Source of the DNA: an uncultured delta proteobacterium
GTDB lineage: Bacteria; Myxococcota; Myxococcia; SLRQ01
Direction of reading: 5' to 3'
DNA: 64,000 bases
NCBI GenBank assembly: GCA_963727485.1
Contig: CAVSGM010000001.1
Span: 416,001-480,000, forward strand
Of the stretch, positions 33,958 through 42,607 are shown one piece after another. The position numbers and the translations under genes are program-made. How positions within the stretch are numbered: position 1 is the first letter of the stretch; each line of letters opens with the position of its first letter. The notes below the pieces were generated by a model. That model worked only from the letters and a program-made list of their open reading frames with translations. It made no database searches and had not been told where the DNA came from.

Positions 33958-35907
33958 GTGACCGATACCACCAATCCGACCCCCGAGACCCTCGAGGGCG
34001 TCGACGCCGTCGCCGAGAACGCCGACACCGAGAGCCCCGACACCGAGAGCCCCGAGACCGAGGCCGGCGCCTCCGACTACGAGTCGGCCGTCCGCTTCGA
34101 CGAGATGCCCCTCTCGCCCGAGGTCCTCCAGGGCATCCGCGACCGGGGCTACGAGACCGCCACCCCGGTCCAGAGCCGCTGCCTGGGCCCGGCCCTCGAG
34201 GGGAAGGACCTCATCGTCCGCTCCAAGACCGGCACCGGGAAGACCGCCGCCTTCTCCATCCCCTCCATCGAGCGGATCCAGAAGGGCGGCGACACCCCCC
34301 AGATGCTGGTGCTCTGCCCCACCCGCGAGCTCGCCATCCAGGTCGCCGACGAGGCGGCCGCCCTGGGCAAGGCCAAGGGACTGACCGCCGAGCCCATCTA
34401 CGGCGGCGCCTCGATGCAGAAGCAGGTCGACGGCCTCAAGGCCGGCCCCGAGATCGTCGTGGGGACCCCGGGCCGGGTCCTCGACCACATCCGCCGCCAC
34501 ACCCTCGACCTCTCGGACGTGAAGATCCGCGTCCTCGACGAGGCCGACGAGATGCTCTCCATGGGCTTCTTCGAGGACGTGGCCGGGATCCTCTCGGAGA
34601 CCCCCGACGACGCCCAGACGCTGCTCTTCAGCGCCACCGTGTCGCCGGACATCGAGGAGATCATCCACCAGTTCGCCAAGGATCCGGAGACCATCCTCCT
34701 CTCGGGCGACGAGTACAGCGTCGAGGGGATTGACAACATCCTCTACGAGATCCGCGACGACCAGCCCAAGCCCCGCAGCCTCGTCTACCTCATCGAGGCC
34801 GAGGATCCGCCGGCGGCGCTGATCTTCTGCAACACCCGCACCGACACCTCGATGGTCAGCGCCGTCCTCGGCCGCCACGGCCTCGACGCCACGCTCATCA
34901 ACTCCGACCTCTCCCAGGCCGAGCGGGAGAAGGCGATGAACAAGATCAAGGCCGGGGAGCTGCGCTTCCTGGTCGCCACCGATCTCGCCGCCCGGGGCAT
35001 CGACATCAGCGGGCTGACCCACGTCATCAACTACTCGCTCCCCGAGGACCCGGCGATCTACATGCACCGGGTGGGGCGCACCGGGCGCATCGGCCGGGCG
35101 GGCACCGCCATCTCGCTGGTGACCGGGCGCGATCTGGCCACGCTGCGCTCCCTCGAGGGGAAGTACGGCGTCGAGTTCGACCGGCGCGCCCTCCCCGACC
35201 CCGAGACCTTCCGCAAGCACTGGGCCGAGCGGCACATCGCCGAGCTCACCGGCGGGATGAAGGGCGACGTCTTCGAGTCCTACATCCCCCTGGCCAAGGA
35301 GATCGCCGAGCGGCCCAACGGTGAGTTCCTGGTCGCCTACGCCCTCAAGTACTTCTTCGCCCACCACCGTGGCGACAAGACCGCCGCCGAGGTGAACGCC
35401 GAGAAGGCCCCGCGGGACAGCGACGGGCGCCGGGGCCGCGGAGACCGCGACCGGGATCGTGGCGGACGCCGCGAGCGCGGGGACCGGGACCGGGGGGATC
35501 GGGACCGCGGCCGTGGCCGCGACCGCGACGACCGCCCGCGTCGTCACCGGGACGACGACGGGGCCGAGGCCAGCGGCCGCGACCACGGCGAGGACCGGAC
35601 CGAGCGCGAGCCGCCCCGGGCGACCCGGCTCTACGTGGGCGTGGGCAGCGAGCAGGGCTACGACGCCGAGAAGGTGAAGGCCCTGGTCGCCGACGCCGCC
35701 GGCGCCGACGCCCTCTCGGTCGCCTCGGTGGAGGTCGCCGCCACCTGCAGCTTCCTCGAGGCCACCGACGAGGACGCCGCCCGGGCGCTCCTCGAGGCCA
35801 ACGGCAAGCCCTTCGGCGACGAGGAGGGGGCCACCCTCCGGGTCGAGGTCGCCCGCGGCCGCAGCCGCGGTGGCCGCCGCCGCGCGCCCCGGCGCCGCCG
35901 GGACTGA
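33958..35907 (+). CDS. DEAD-box RNA helicase (DeaD/CsdA-like) with RD-rich tail and DbpA-like RNA-binding domain
   Basis: TPVQ, SKTGTGKT, PTRELA, TPGR, DEAD, SAT, ARGID, HRVGRTGR. Confidence 0.95.
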   Translation: MTDTTNPTPETLEGVDAVAENADTESPDTESPETEAGASDYESAVRFDEMPLSPEVLQGIRDRGYETATPVQSRCLGPALEGKDLIVRSKTGTGKTAAFSIPSIERIQKGGDTPQMLVLCPTRELAIQVADEAAALGKAKGLTAEPIYGGASMQKQVDGLKAGPEIVVGTPGRVLDHIRRHTLDLSDVKIRVLDEADEMLSMGFFEDVAGILSETPDDAQTLLFSATVSPDIEEIIHQFAKDPETILLSGDEYSVEGIDNILYEIRDDQPKPRSLVYLIEAEDPPAALIFCNTRTDTSMVSAVLGRHGLDATLINSDLSQAEREKAMNKIKAGELRFLVATDLAARGIDISGLTHVINYSLPEDPAIYMHRVGRTGRIGRAGTAISLVTGRDLATLRSLEGKYGVEFDRRALPDPETFRKHWAERHIAELTGGMKGDVFESYIPLAKEIAERPNGEFLVAYALKYFFAHHRGDKTAAEVNAEKAPRDSDGRRGRGDRDRDRGGRRERGDRDRGDRDRGRGRDRDDRPRRHRDDDGAEASGRDHGEDRTEREPPRATRLYVGVGSEQGYDAEKVKALVADAAGADALSVASVEVAATCSFLEATDEDAARALLEANGKPFGDEEGATLRVEVARGRSRGGRRRAPRRRRD

Positions 35908-35968
35908 CCGGGTCGGGGCACCGGTGCCGGTCCCCGGGCGGCTGCGGTATGCTCCGCCCGGGCACCCC

Positions 35969-37369
35969 ATGGCCACCGCGATCCGCCGCTTCCACGTCGA
36001 CCACCTCCACCAGCCGTCGGGGTGGCTGTCCCCGGCGTTCGTCACCCTCGACGACGCCGGGGTCATCGCCCGGGTGGACGACGCGCCGCCCGAGGGCTGG
36101 GACCCGGGCGACGCCCTGCGCCTGAAGGGCTTCGCCGTCCCGGGCGTCCCCGACCTCCACAGCCACGCCTTCCAGCGGGCCCTGGTGGGCCGGGGCGAGG
36201 CCAACGCCCCGGGGCGCGACGACTCGTTCTGGACCTGGCGCCAGGCGATGTACGCGGTGGCCGCCGAGGTCTCGCCCGAGGCCCTGGAGGCGGTCGCCGC
36301 CTGGCTCTACGTGGAGCTCCTGGAGGGCGGGTTCACCTCGGTCGGCGAGTTCCACTACCTCCACCACGACCCGGCGGGGCGGCCCTACGACGATCCGGCG
36401 GAGATGAGCCGGCGCATCCTTTCTGCCGCCGGGCGCGCGGGCATCGGCCTGACGCTGCTCCCGGTGCTCTACCGCCGGGGGGGCTTCGACCGGCCCGCCG
36501 AGCCCGGGCAGCGCCGGTTCCTCTCGCCCTCCCTCGAGGGCTTCCTCGGCCTCCTCGAGGCCATCGATACCGCCGCCGCGGGCACCGGGGCGAGGGTGGG
36601 GGTCGCGGCCCACAGCCTCCGGGCGGTGGCCCCCGAGGAGGTCGTCGCCCTGGCGGCGGCCACCGGCGACCGGCCCTTCCACGTCCACGTCGCCGAGCAG
36701 CAGGCCGAGGTCGACGCCTGCGTGGCCCACCTCGGGGCCCGGCCGGTGGCCTGGCTCCTGGACCGCGCCCCGGTGGACGGGCGCTGGTGCCTGGTCCACG
36801 CCACCCACCTCGACGCCGACGAGCGCCGGCGCCTCGCCGCCTCCGGGGCCGTCGCCGGCCTCTGCCCCACCACCGAGGCGAACCTCGGCGACGGCATCTT
36901 CCCGGCGCGGGACTTCCTCGCCGAGGGGGGCGCGGTGGGCGTGGGGACCGACAGCCAGGTGGGCGCCTCGGCGGCGGCGGAGCTCGGGCTCCTGGAGCTG
37001 ACCCAGCGCCTCCGGGACCAGGGGCGAAACCGCCTCGCCCAGGGCGACCGCCCCGAGACCCTCCACCTCGGCCGGCGCCTCCTCGATCTCGCCTGCGCCG
37101 GCGGCGCCCGGGCCCTGGGCCTCGAGGCCGGGGCGCTGGTGCCCGGGCGGCGCGCCGACGTGGTGGTCCTCGACCCCGAGCACCCGCGGCTGGTGGCCCA
37201 TGGGGAGTCGACGGTCCTCGACGCCTGGGTCCTCGGCGGGGCCGAGGGGGCGGTCTCCGACGTGCTGGTGGGCGGGGTCCACCAGGTCGCCGGCGGCCGG
37301 CACCGGCACCGGGAGGCGATCCGCGCGCGCTTCGCCGAGACCCTGCGGGCGCTCGCCCGGCGGCTGTGA
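35969..37369 (+). CDS. hutF: Formimidoylglutamate deiminase
   Basis: DLHSHAFQR, DSFWTWRQAMY, VGEFHYLHHD, HSLRAV, HVHVAEQ..EV, CPTTEANLGDG. Confidence 0.93.
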   Translation: MATAIRRFHVDHLHQPSGWLSPAFVTLDDAGVIARVDDAPPEGWDPGDALRLKGFAVPGVPDLHSHAFQRALVGRGEANAPGRDDSFWTWRQAMYAVAAEVSPEALEAVAAWLYVELLEGGFTSVGEFHYLHHDPAGRPYDDPAEMSRRILSAAGRAGIGLTLLPVLYRRGGFDRPAEPGQRRFLSPSLEGFLGLLEAIDTAAAGTGARVGVAAHSLRAVAPEEVVALAAATGDRPFHVHVAEQQAEVDACVAHLGARPVAWLLDRAPVDGRWCLVHATHLDADERRRLAASGAVAGLCPTTEANLGDGIFPARDFLAEGGAVGVGTDSQVGASAAAELGLLELTQRLRDQGRNRLAQGDRPETLHLGRRLLDLACAGGARALGLEAGALVPGRRADVVVLDPEHPRLVAHGESTVLDAWVLGGAEGAVSDVLVGGVHQVAGGRHRHREAIRARFAETLRALARRL

Positions 37370-37372
37370 CCG

Positions 37373-37450
37373 GGCGGTGCGGCCCGGCGGTGCGGCCCGG
37401 CGGTGCGGCCCGGCGGTGCGGCCCGGCGGTGCGGCCCGGCGGTGCGGCCC
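37373..37450. repeat. Perfect 13-bp tandem repeat (GGCGGTGCGGCCC)x6 between hutF and hutG
   Basis: Six consecutive identical units counted directly. Confidence 0.95.
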
Positions 37451-37530
37451 GCGCCGGCGCGCCTTGGCCGCGCGGCCGCCCACGCCCCGCGCCGGTGGCG
37501 ACGGCCCCGGTTCGCGGCTACCGTGCGGGT

Positions 37531-38337
37531 GTGGATCCCTATCATCTCCGCCCGCCGACCGCCCCGCCGACGCCGCTGGTCGTCAGCATCCCCCACACCG
37601 GGACCGAGGTGCCCCCAAAGCTCGCCGACCGGTTCACCGACGCCGCCCGCGCCCTGGCCGACACCGACTGGCACCTCCACGACCTCTACGACTTCGTCCC
37701 CGCCCTCGGGGGCACCACCCTCCACGCCCGGTACAGCCGCTACGTCATCGATCTCAACCGGCCCCCGGACGCGGCGCCCCTCTATCCGGGCCGCTTCGAG
37801 ACCACCCTGGTGCCCACCACCACCTTCGCCGGTGAGGCCCTCTACCGCGACGGCGAGGCCCCCGACGACGCCGAGGTCGCCGCCCGCCGGGAGACCTACT
37901 GGGCGCCCTACCACGCGCGGTTGCAGGCGCTCCTCGAGGAGACGGTCTCCAAGTTCGGCTACGCGCTCCTCTTCGACGCCCACTCCATCCGCAGCACCGT
38001 GCCCACCCTCTTCGAGGGGCGGCTCCCGGACCTGGTCCTCGGGACCGCCGACGGCCGGTCCGCGGACCCGGCGATCGCCGAGGCGGTGGCGGCGGTCCAC
38101 GGCGCCTCGGGCCTGGGCCACGCGGTGAACCGGCCCTTCAAGGGCGGCTACATCACCCGCACCTACGGCCGGCCGGCGCGGCGGGTCCACGCGTTGCAGC
38201 TGGAGATGGCCCAGGACCTCTACATGGACGAGGCCCCGCCGTTCCCCTACCGCCCCGAGAAGGCCGAGCGCCTTCGCCCGGTCCTCGAGGCGACCCTGCA
38301 CACCTATCTCGAGGCGGCCGGTCGGCTGCAGCGCTGA
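37531..38337 (+). CDS. hutG: N-formylglutamate deformylase/amidohydrolase
   Basis: PLVVSIPHTG, DTDWH, SRYVIDLNR, PYH, DAHSI, FKGGYITR, HALQLE. Confidence 0.92.
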   Translation: MDPYHLRPPTAPPTPLVVSIPHTGTEVPPKLADRFTDAARALADTDWHLHDLYDFVPALGGTTLHARYSRYVIDLNRPPDAAPLYPGRFETTLVPTTTFAGEALYRDGEAPDDAEVAARRETYWAPYHARLQALLEETVSKFGYALLFDAHSIRSTVPTLFEGRLPDLVLGTADGRSADPAIAEAVAAVHGASGLGHAVNRPFKGGYITRTYGRPARRVHALQLEMAQDLYMDEAPPFPYRPEKAERLRPVLEATLHTYLEAAGRLQR

Positions 38338-39668
38338 TGGACGCCTACGAGCCGCTGGTGTCGCTGGCGGTGGCCCTCGGGGTCGGCCTCCTCATCGGGC
38401 TGGAGCGCGAGCAGCAGGCGCCCCACGGCGCCGACCGGCCCCGGCTCTTCGTCGGCGGAGCGCGGACCTTCCCCCTGGTGGCCCTCGCCGGGGCCCTCTC
38501 GACCCTCCTCGGCGCCAGCCTGGGGGTGGTGGTGCCCCTGACGGTGCTGGCGGCGGTGGTGGTGTTCCTCGCCATCGCCTACGCCAGCGACGTGCGCCGG
38601 GGCGTGGACCGGGGCATCACCACCGAGATCGCCTTCGTGGTCACCTTCCTCCTGGGCGCGGTGCTCACCTCCAAGGCCATCGAGCCGGCGACCTGGCGCT
38701 ACGTGGTGGTCGCCTCGGTGGCGGTGGTGGTGACCCTGCTGCTCTCGCTCAAGCCCGCGCTCCACGGCATCGCCGAGCGGGCCAGCCGCGCCGACGTCTA
38801 CGCCGTCCTCAAGTTCCTGGTGCTCGCGGTCATCGTCCTCCCGCTGCTCCCCAACGAGACCCTCGGTCCCCTCGGCGTCCTCAACCCCTTCGCCATCGGC
38901 CTGATGATCGTGCTCATCGCCGGCGTCAGCTTCGTGGGCTACGTGGCGGTGCGGGTCCTGGGGCCCGGGCGGGGGCTGGGGCTCACCGGCCTCGTGGGCG
39001 GCCTGGTGTCGTCGACGGCGGTGACCGTGAGCTTCTCCGGCCGCGCCCGCCGGGAGCCGCGCCTGGGCGCCGGCTGCACCCTGGCGGTGGTCCTCGCCTC
39101 CACCGTGATGTTCGTCCGGGTAGGGGTGCTGGTGGCGGTGGTCGACGCGGCGCTCCTGCCCCGGCTGTGGCTGCCGCTGGTGCTGATGACCGTCACCGGC
39201 GGCGCCACCGCCCTCTGGGTGCGCCACCGGGCCCGGGTCGCCGACCGGGCCGGGGTCGCCGACCGGGCCGGGGTCGCCGACCGGGCGCGGTCGCGCGAGG
39301 CCGGCGCCGTGCCCGTCACCAACCCCTTCGAGCTGGCCACCGCCCTGAAGTTCGGGCTGCTCTTCGCCGTGGTCCTCCTGGTGACCAAGGCCGCGACCGT
39401 GTACCTGGGCAACTCGGGCACCTACCTCGCCGGGGTCCTCGCCGGCGCCACCGACGTGGACGCCATCACCCTCTCCATGGCGAGCCTCGCCCGGAAGAGC
39501 CTCGACCCCGGGGTCGCCGCGACGACCATCATCCTCGGCGCCGGCTCCAACACCCTGGTGAAGGCGGGCATCGCCGCGGTGCTCGGGGGGTGGAAGTTCG
39601 GGCGGTGGGTGCTGGCGGCGTTCGCAGCGATGCTGGCCGCCGGGGCGGTGGGGCTGCTGCTCACGTGA
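38337..39668 (+). CDS. MgtC/SapB-family membrane protein with DUF4010
   Basis: GLLIGLERE, GARTF, GITTE, ILPLLPN-type motif (VLPLLPN), GGLVSSTAVT, DVDAITLS. Confidence 0.9.
   Translation: MDAYEPLVSLAVALGVGLLIGLEREQQAPHGADRPRLFVGGARTFPLVALAGALSTLLGASLGVVVPLTVLAAVVVFLAIAYASDVRRGVDRGITTEIAFVVTFLLGAVLTSKAIEPATWRYVVVASVAVVVTLLLSLKPALHGIAERASRADVYAVLKFLVLAVIVLPLLPNETLGPLGVLNPFAIGLMIVLIAGVSFVGYVAVRVLGPGRGLGLTGLVGGLVSSTAVTVSFSGRARREPRLGAGCTLAVVLASTVMFVRVGVLVAVVDAALLPRLWLPLVLMTVTGGATALWVRHRARVADRAGVADRAGVADRARSREAGAVPVTNPFELATALKFGLLFAVVLLVTKAATVYLGNSGTYLAGVLAGATDVDAITLSMASLARKSLDPGVAATTIILGAGSNTLVKAGIAAVLGGWKFGRWVLAAFAAMLAAGAVGLLLT
39235..39286 (+). repeat. In-frame 18-bp tandem repeat (about 3 copies) encoding VADRAG
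   Basis: GGGTCGCCGACCGGGCCG x2 plus a 16-bp third copy. Confidence 0.85.
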
Positions 39669-39679
39669 GCGTGCCTGGC

Positions 39680-40486
39680 CTACGCCGCCGGCTGGGGCAC
39701 GTCGATGAGCCCATGACGGCGCCACCCGATCCGGGCCAGCCAGCTTCGCGGTGGGCACACGGGAGGTGGCACCTCGGGCGGACGCCTGCTTCCGCTGCCG
39801 GCGCCTCCGCTGCCGCCGCCGCTGCCCGCTGGCATCCCGCCCCGCCAGCCGTCGAACCAGGCCCCCGAGGTGTAGGGGTCGACGACCGGTCCCCGGCGCC
39901 CTCGCCGCCAGGTCCCGTGACGCGTGGCGTTGGTGAGCAGGTAGGCCAGGGCGCGGCGGACCTCGAGGGGCGTACGAAGCACGTGGGCGTGGTACCGATC
40001 CCCGAACACCGGCCCCTGCCGGGCCATCACCCGGTTGAGCCCGCGCGCCAGGCGGATGCAGAGCCCTTGCATCCCGCGTGAGAGGGCCCCGCGCCCCCGG
40101 GCCTCGACGAGGAGGTGGAGGTGGTTGCCCTGGACCGAGTAGTGAACGAGGCGCATCCCGTTCCGATCGTGGGCGGCGACGAACGCGGCCTGGATCACGC
40201 GAAAGCAGCGGCGGGATCGAAGGTTGAAGACGTGCCGTCGGACCCGGAGGGTGACGTGGACCGGGTGTGCGGGGGCCACGGAAGGGCGCGGGCCGTGGGC
40301 GACACCGGCCCGCTTGCCCTTGGGCTTTCGCCCGGCGCCGGTCCGGCGACCTCCCCAGGTGCGCAGCTCGAGGTCGAGCTGGCGGGGTCGGCGAGCCGGC
40401 CTGCTCCGCCGCGGCGTGTGCCGGCGGGGGGCCGGTTCGGCAACGGCGGTGGCGGTCTTGGAGCTTGGGGCGTCGGGTCGTCTCAT
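39680..40486 (-). mobile_element. Y1/HUH tyrosine transposase, RAYT (REP-associated)/IS200-like
   Basis: PVHVTLR, HYSVQGNHLHLLVE (HUH), VFGDRYHA..L, ALAYLLTN..RH catalytic Tyr, DPYTSG. Confidence 0.85.
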
Positions 40487-40498
40487 GATTCGGCAGGT

Positions 40499-40520
40499 AT
40501 TCTAGCGAGGGGGTCTGACA
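40499..40520 (-). promoter_or_regulatory. PafBC/RecA-NDp-like promoter motif upstream of the RAYT gene
   Basis: Minus strand TGTCAG-ACCCCCTCGC-TAGAAT = TGTCRG-N10-TANNNT, ending 12 nt before the ATG. Confidence 0.55.
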
Positions 40521-40846
40521 CTCGTGCCGAGACGCCAGATGGCAGGAGGATGAATCGCCATTTGGCCAGGCCAAGGAGTCGGCGATGCCTGGCTGCCAGG
40601 CCACCGGGCCGGCAGCAGATCTGGAGCGTCGGACAGTCGGGCAGCGCGAGCGACCCGGTGCTGCGCGGCGCCGGATTCGCCGCCGGAGACGGCGCCGCGT
40701 GACCCTGCTCTTGAATCCGCAGTAATCCGTCGCGCGCCTCGCCGGTCCCGAGGTTCCCGGGAGCCCGGTACGGAGCCACTCGCCGCCGGTTCACCGCGCC
40801 GCCCGCCCCCCCCCCCGCGCCGCCGCCCGCCCGCCCCGCGCCGCCG

Positions 40847-41155
40847 TCAGGCGGGCGCCAGGGTCGCCAGGGTCGCGCCCCAGCCGCCGCCGTCCTCGCC
40901 GGCGAGGCGGTACCCGAGCACCGACGGGTCGCGATCGAGGACCCGGTGGACCCGCTCGCGCAGCACCCCGGTCCCCTTGCCGTGGATGATCCGCACCTCG
41001 AGGATCCCGTGGGCCCGGCACTCGGCGAGCCAGGCGGGGACCAGGCGGCCGACCTCCCGCGGCGCGAAGGTGTGGAGGTCGAGGACGCCGTCGAGGGGCA
41101 GCACCACGGGCCCGGGTACCCCCGGCACGTCGGGCGGCGGCCGGTCGCCTCCCAT
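40847..41155 (-). CDS. Stand-alone Smr/MutS2 C-terminal domain protein
   Basis: GVLDLHTF, VRIIHGKGTGVLR, GGWGAT. Confidence 0.9.
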   Translation of the reverse strand: MGGDRPPPDVPGVPGPVVLPLDGVLDLHTFAPREVGRLVPAWLAECRAHGILEVRIIHGKGTGVLRERVHRVLDRDPSVLGYRLAGEDGGGWGATLATLAPA

Positions 41156-41763
41156 CACCAGCTCTCGGTGCCGGTCTCCTGGCGGAAGGAGTGGGTGGCC
41201 TTCCCGTCGCCGAAGACCTCGGTGACCTTGTTGACGCGGTTCGGGGCCACCAGGACCGCGCGCCGTCGCTCGTGGCCGGCGGGGCCGACGACCCGGAGGC
41301 GGTGGCTGCCCACGGGCAGGGCGAGGGCCTTCAGGGGCGGCGAGTGGCCGTGGGCGTGGCCGTCGACGTAGACGCGGCACGAGGGGCGGCAGACCACCAG
41401 GAGGTCGCCGGTGCCGGCGAGCTTGGGACCGTGGGTCTGGGCGGCGGCGTGGTGTCCGGCCGGCCGGGCCGACCGGTGGCCGGCCGCCCCCCGGCGCGGA
41501 CCGGTCCGGCGCGAGGTCCGGGCGGACCCGGCGGCCGTCGTGGACCCGGTCCCCGGCGCGGGCCGATCCGTCGCGCCGGCGCCCCCGTCCCTCACCGCGG
41601 CGAGGGTGGGGTCGTCGAAGCGGGCGTGCTTCGGCGGCGGGCGGGGGACGAGCTCGCTGAGGCTGCCATGCTTCATCACCACCAGCGCCGCGATCGTCGC
41701 CGCGGCGGTGATGGCGAAGGCCACGACGAGGATCGTGAGGCGCTTGCCCATCCCCCGCATCAT
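41155..41763 (-). CDS. Membrane-anchored PEGA-like domain protein
   Basis: N-terminal TM, low-complexity linker, GDLLVVCRPSCRVYVDG...GHSP...LPVGSHRLRV; TGATG-coupled to the Smr gene. Confidence 0.7.
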   Translation of the reverse strand: MMRGMGKRLTILVVAFAITAAATIAALVVMKHGSLSELVPRPPPKHARFDDPTLAAVRDGGAGATDRPAPGTGSTTAAGSARTSRRTGPRRGAAGHRSARPAGHHAAAQTHGPKLAGTGDLLVVCRPSCRVYVDGHAHGHSPPLKALALPVGSHRLRVVGPAGHERRRAVLVAPNRVNKVTEVFGDGKATHSFRQETGTESW

Positions 41764-41903
41764 CGCCAAGCCGGCGGTGTCGTGCAAACACCCCTGGGTC
41801 CCGTCCCGCCGGGCAGGCGCTGCACCCCCGGCCGGGGGACGCCGTCAGGGTTTGCGGACGCGGGCGGCCCGGGGGCCCCAGGCGGACCGGGACCGGGGCC
41901 GGC

Positions 41904-41979
41904 GCAGGGGCCCGGCGGTGGCACGGCGGTGGCGCGGCGGTGCCCCGGCAGGGGCCCGGCGGTGGCACGGCCGGTGCAC
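41904..41979 (+). repeat. Degenerate 11-bp tandem repeat (GGCGGTGGCAC-like, about 7 units)
   Basis: GCAGGGGCCC GGCGGTGGCAC GGCGGTGGCGC GGCGGTGCCCC GGCAGGGGCCC GGCGGTGGCAC GGCCGGTGCAC. Confidence 0.75.
41963..41978 (+). promoter_or_regulatory. Putative sigma54 -24/-12 promoter
   Basis: TGGCACGGCCGGTGCA (GG-N10-GC) about 85 nt upstream of the lipoprotein ATG. Confidence 0.55.
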
Positions 41980-42061
41980 CGTTCAAGCCGCGACGACGCC
42001 ACCCGACGCGGCGCAAACGCCGCCAACCGGCCCCACCGGGCCTCGACACAGGGGGAGACCG

Positions 42062-42592
42062 ATGCGTCCGTGGAACATCGCCCTGGGGCTCCTGCCCCTC
42101 CTCACCGTCCTGGGCTGCGGGCCCTACGAGGTGCCCATCACCCGGACCTACACCTTCAGCGTCAACGCCGCCGAGGGGCCGCTGTGCCAGCAGGCCGCCG
42201 GCCAGCTCCTCGACCTCTCGAACGACAAGGACTTCCAGGACAACAAGAACCGCATCTCGCGGATCGAGATCACCGAGCTGCGGGTCACCATCACCGACCC
42301 GCAGACCCAGGCCGACTCGGTGGCCACCCAGGCCAGCGGCACCGTCATCGTCGCCGCCAGCCAGAGCGGCGCCGGCGCGGTGACCCTGGGCACCTATCAG
42401 CCCGTGAACCTCACCCAGGGCGCCACCCGGCTGATCAAGGTCGACCAGGCGGGCGCCGACACCCTGGTGAAGCTCATCCAGACCGAGCCCTACCAGGCCT
42501 GGGTCTGGGCCGAGGGCTGCGTGGACCAGCTCCCGGCGCACTTCCAGTTCCAGGTCCAGGTGAGCTTCAGCGTCTTCGTGCGCCTGATCTGA
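42062..42592 (+). CDS. Hypothetical lipoprotein
   Basis: GGGGAG RBS; LLTVLGC lipobox; beta-rich body. Confidence 0.75.
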   Translation: MRPWNIALGLLPLLTVLGCGPYEVPITRTYTFSVNAAEGPLCQQAAGQLLDLSNDKDFQDNKNRISRIEITELRVTITDPQTQADSVATQASGTVIVAASQSGAGAVTLGTYQPVNLTQGATRLIKVDQAGADTLVKLIQTEPYQAWVWAEGCVDQLPAHFQFQVQVSFSVFVRLI

Positions 42593-42607
42593 TCCGGGAC
42601 GCCGCGC

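Noticed and set aside
34024..35540. DTESP and RGDRD repeats in the helicase
   Set aside because: Ordinary disordered N- and C-terminal low-complexity regions of DEAD-box helicases.
37373..37450. CRISPR array
   Set aside because: Head-to-tail 13-mers with no spacers, and no cas genes.
39660..40800. Complete IS200/IS605 element or REP-flanked REPtron
   Set aside because: No tnpB, and no repeated subterminal hairpins or GTAG-type REPs could be identified by eye.
40795..40846. C-rich low-complexity repeat with a poly-C run as a phase-variation tract
   Set aside because: It lies just downstream of a stop codon, and homopolymer length is unreliable in this assembly.
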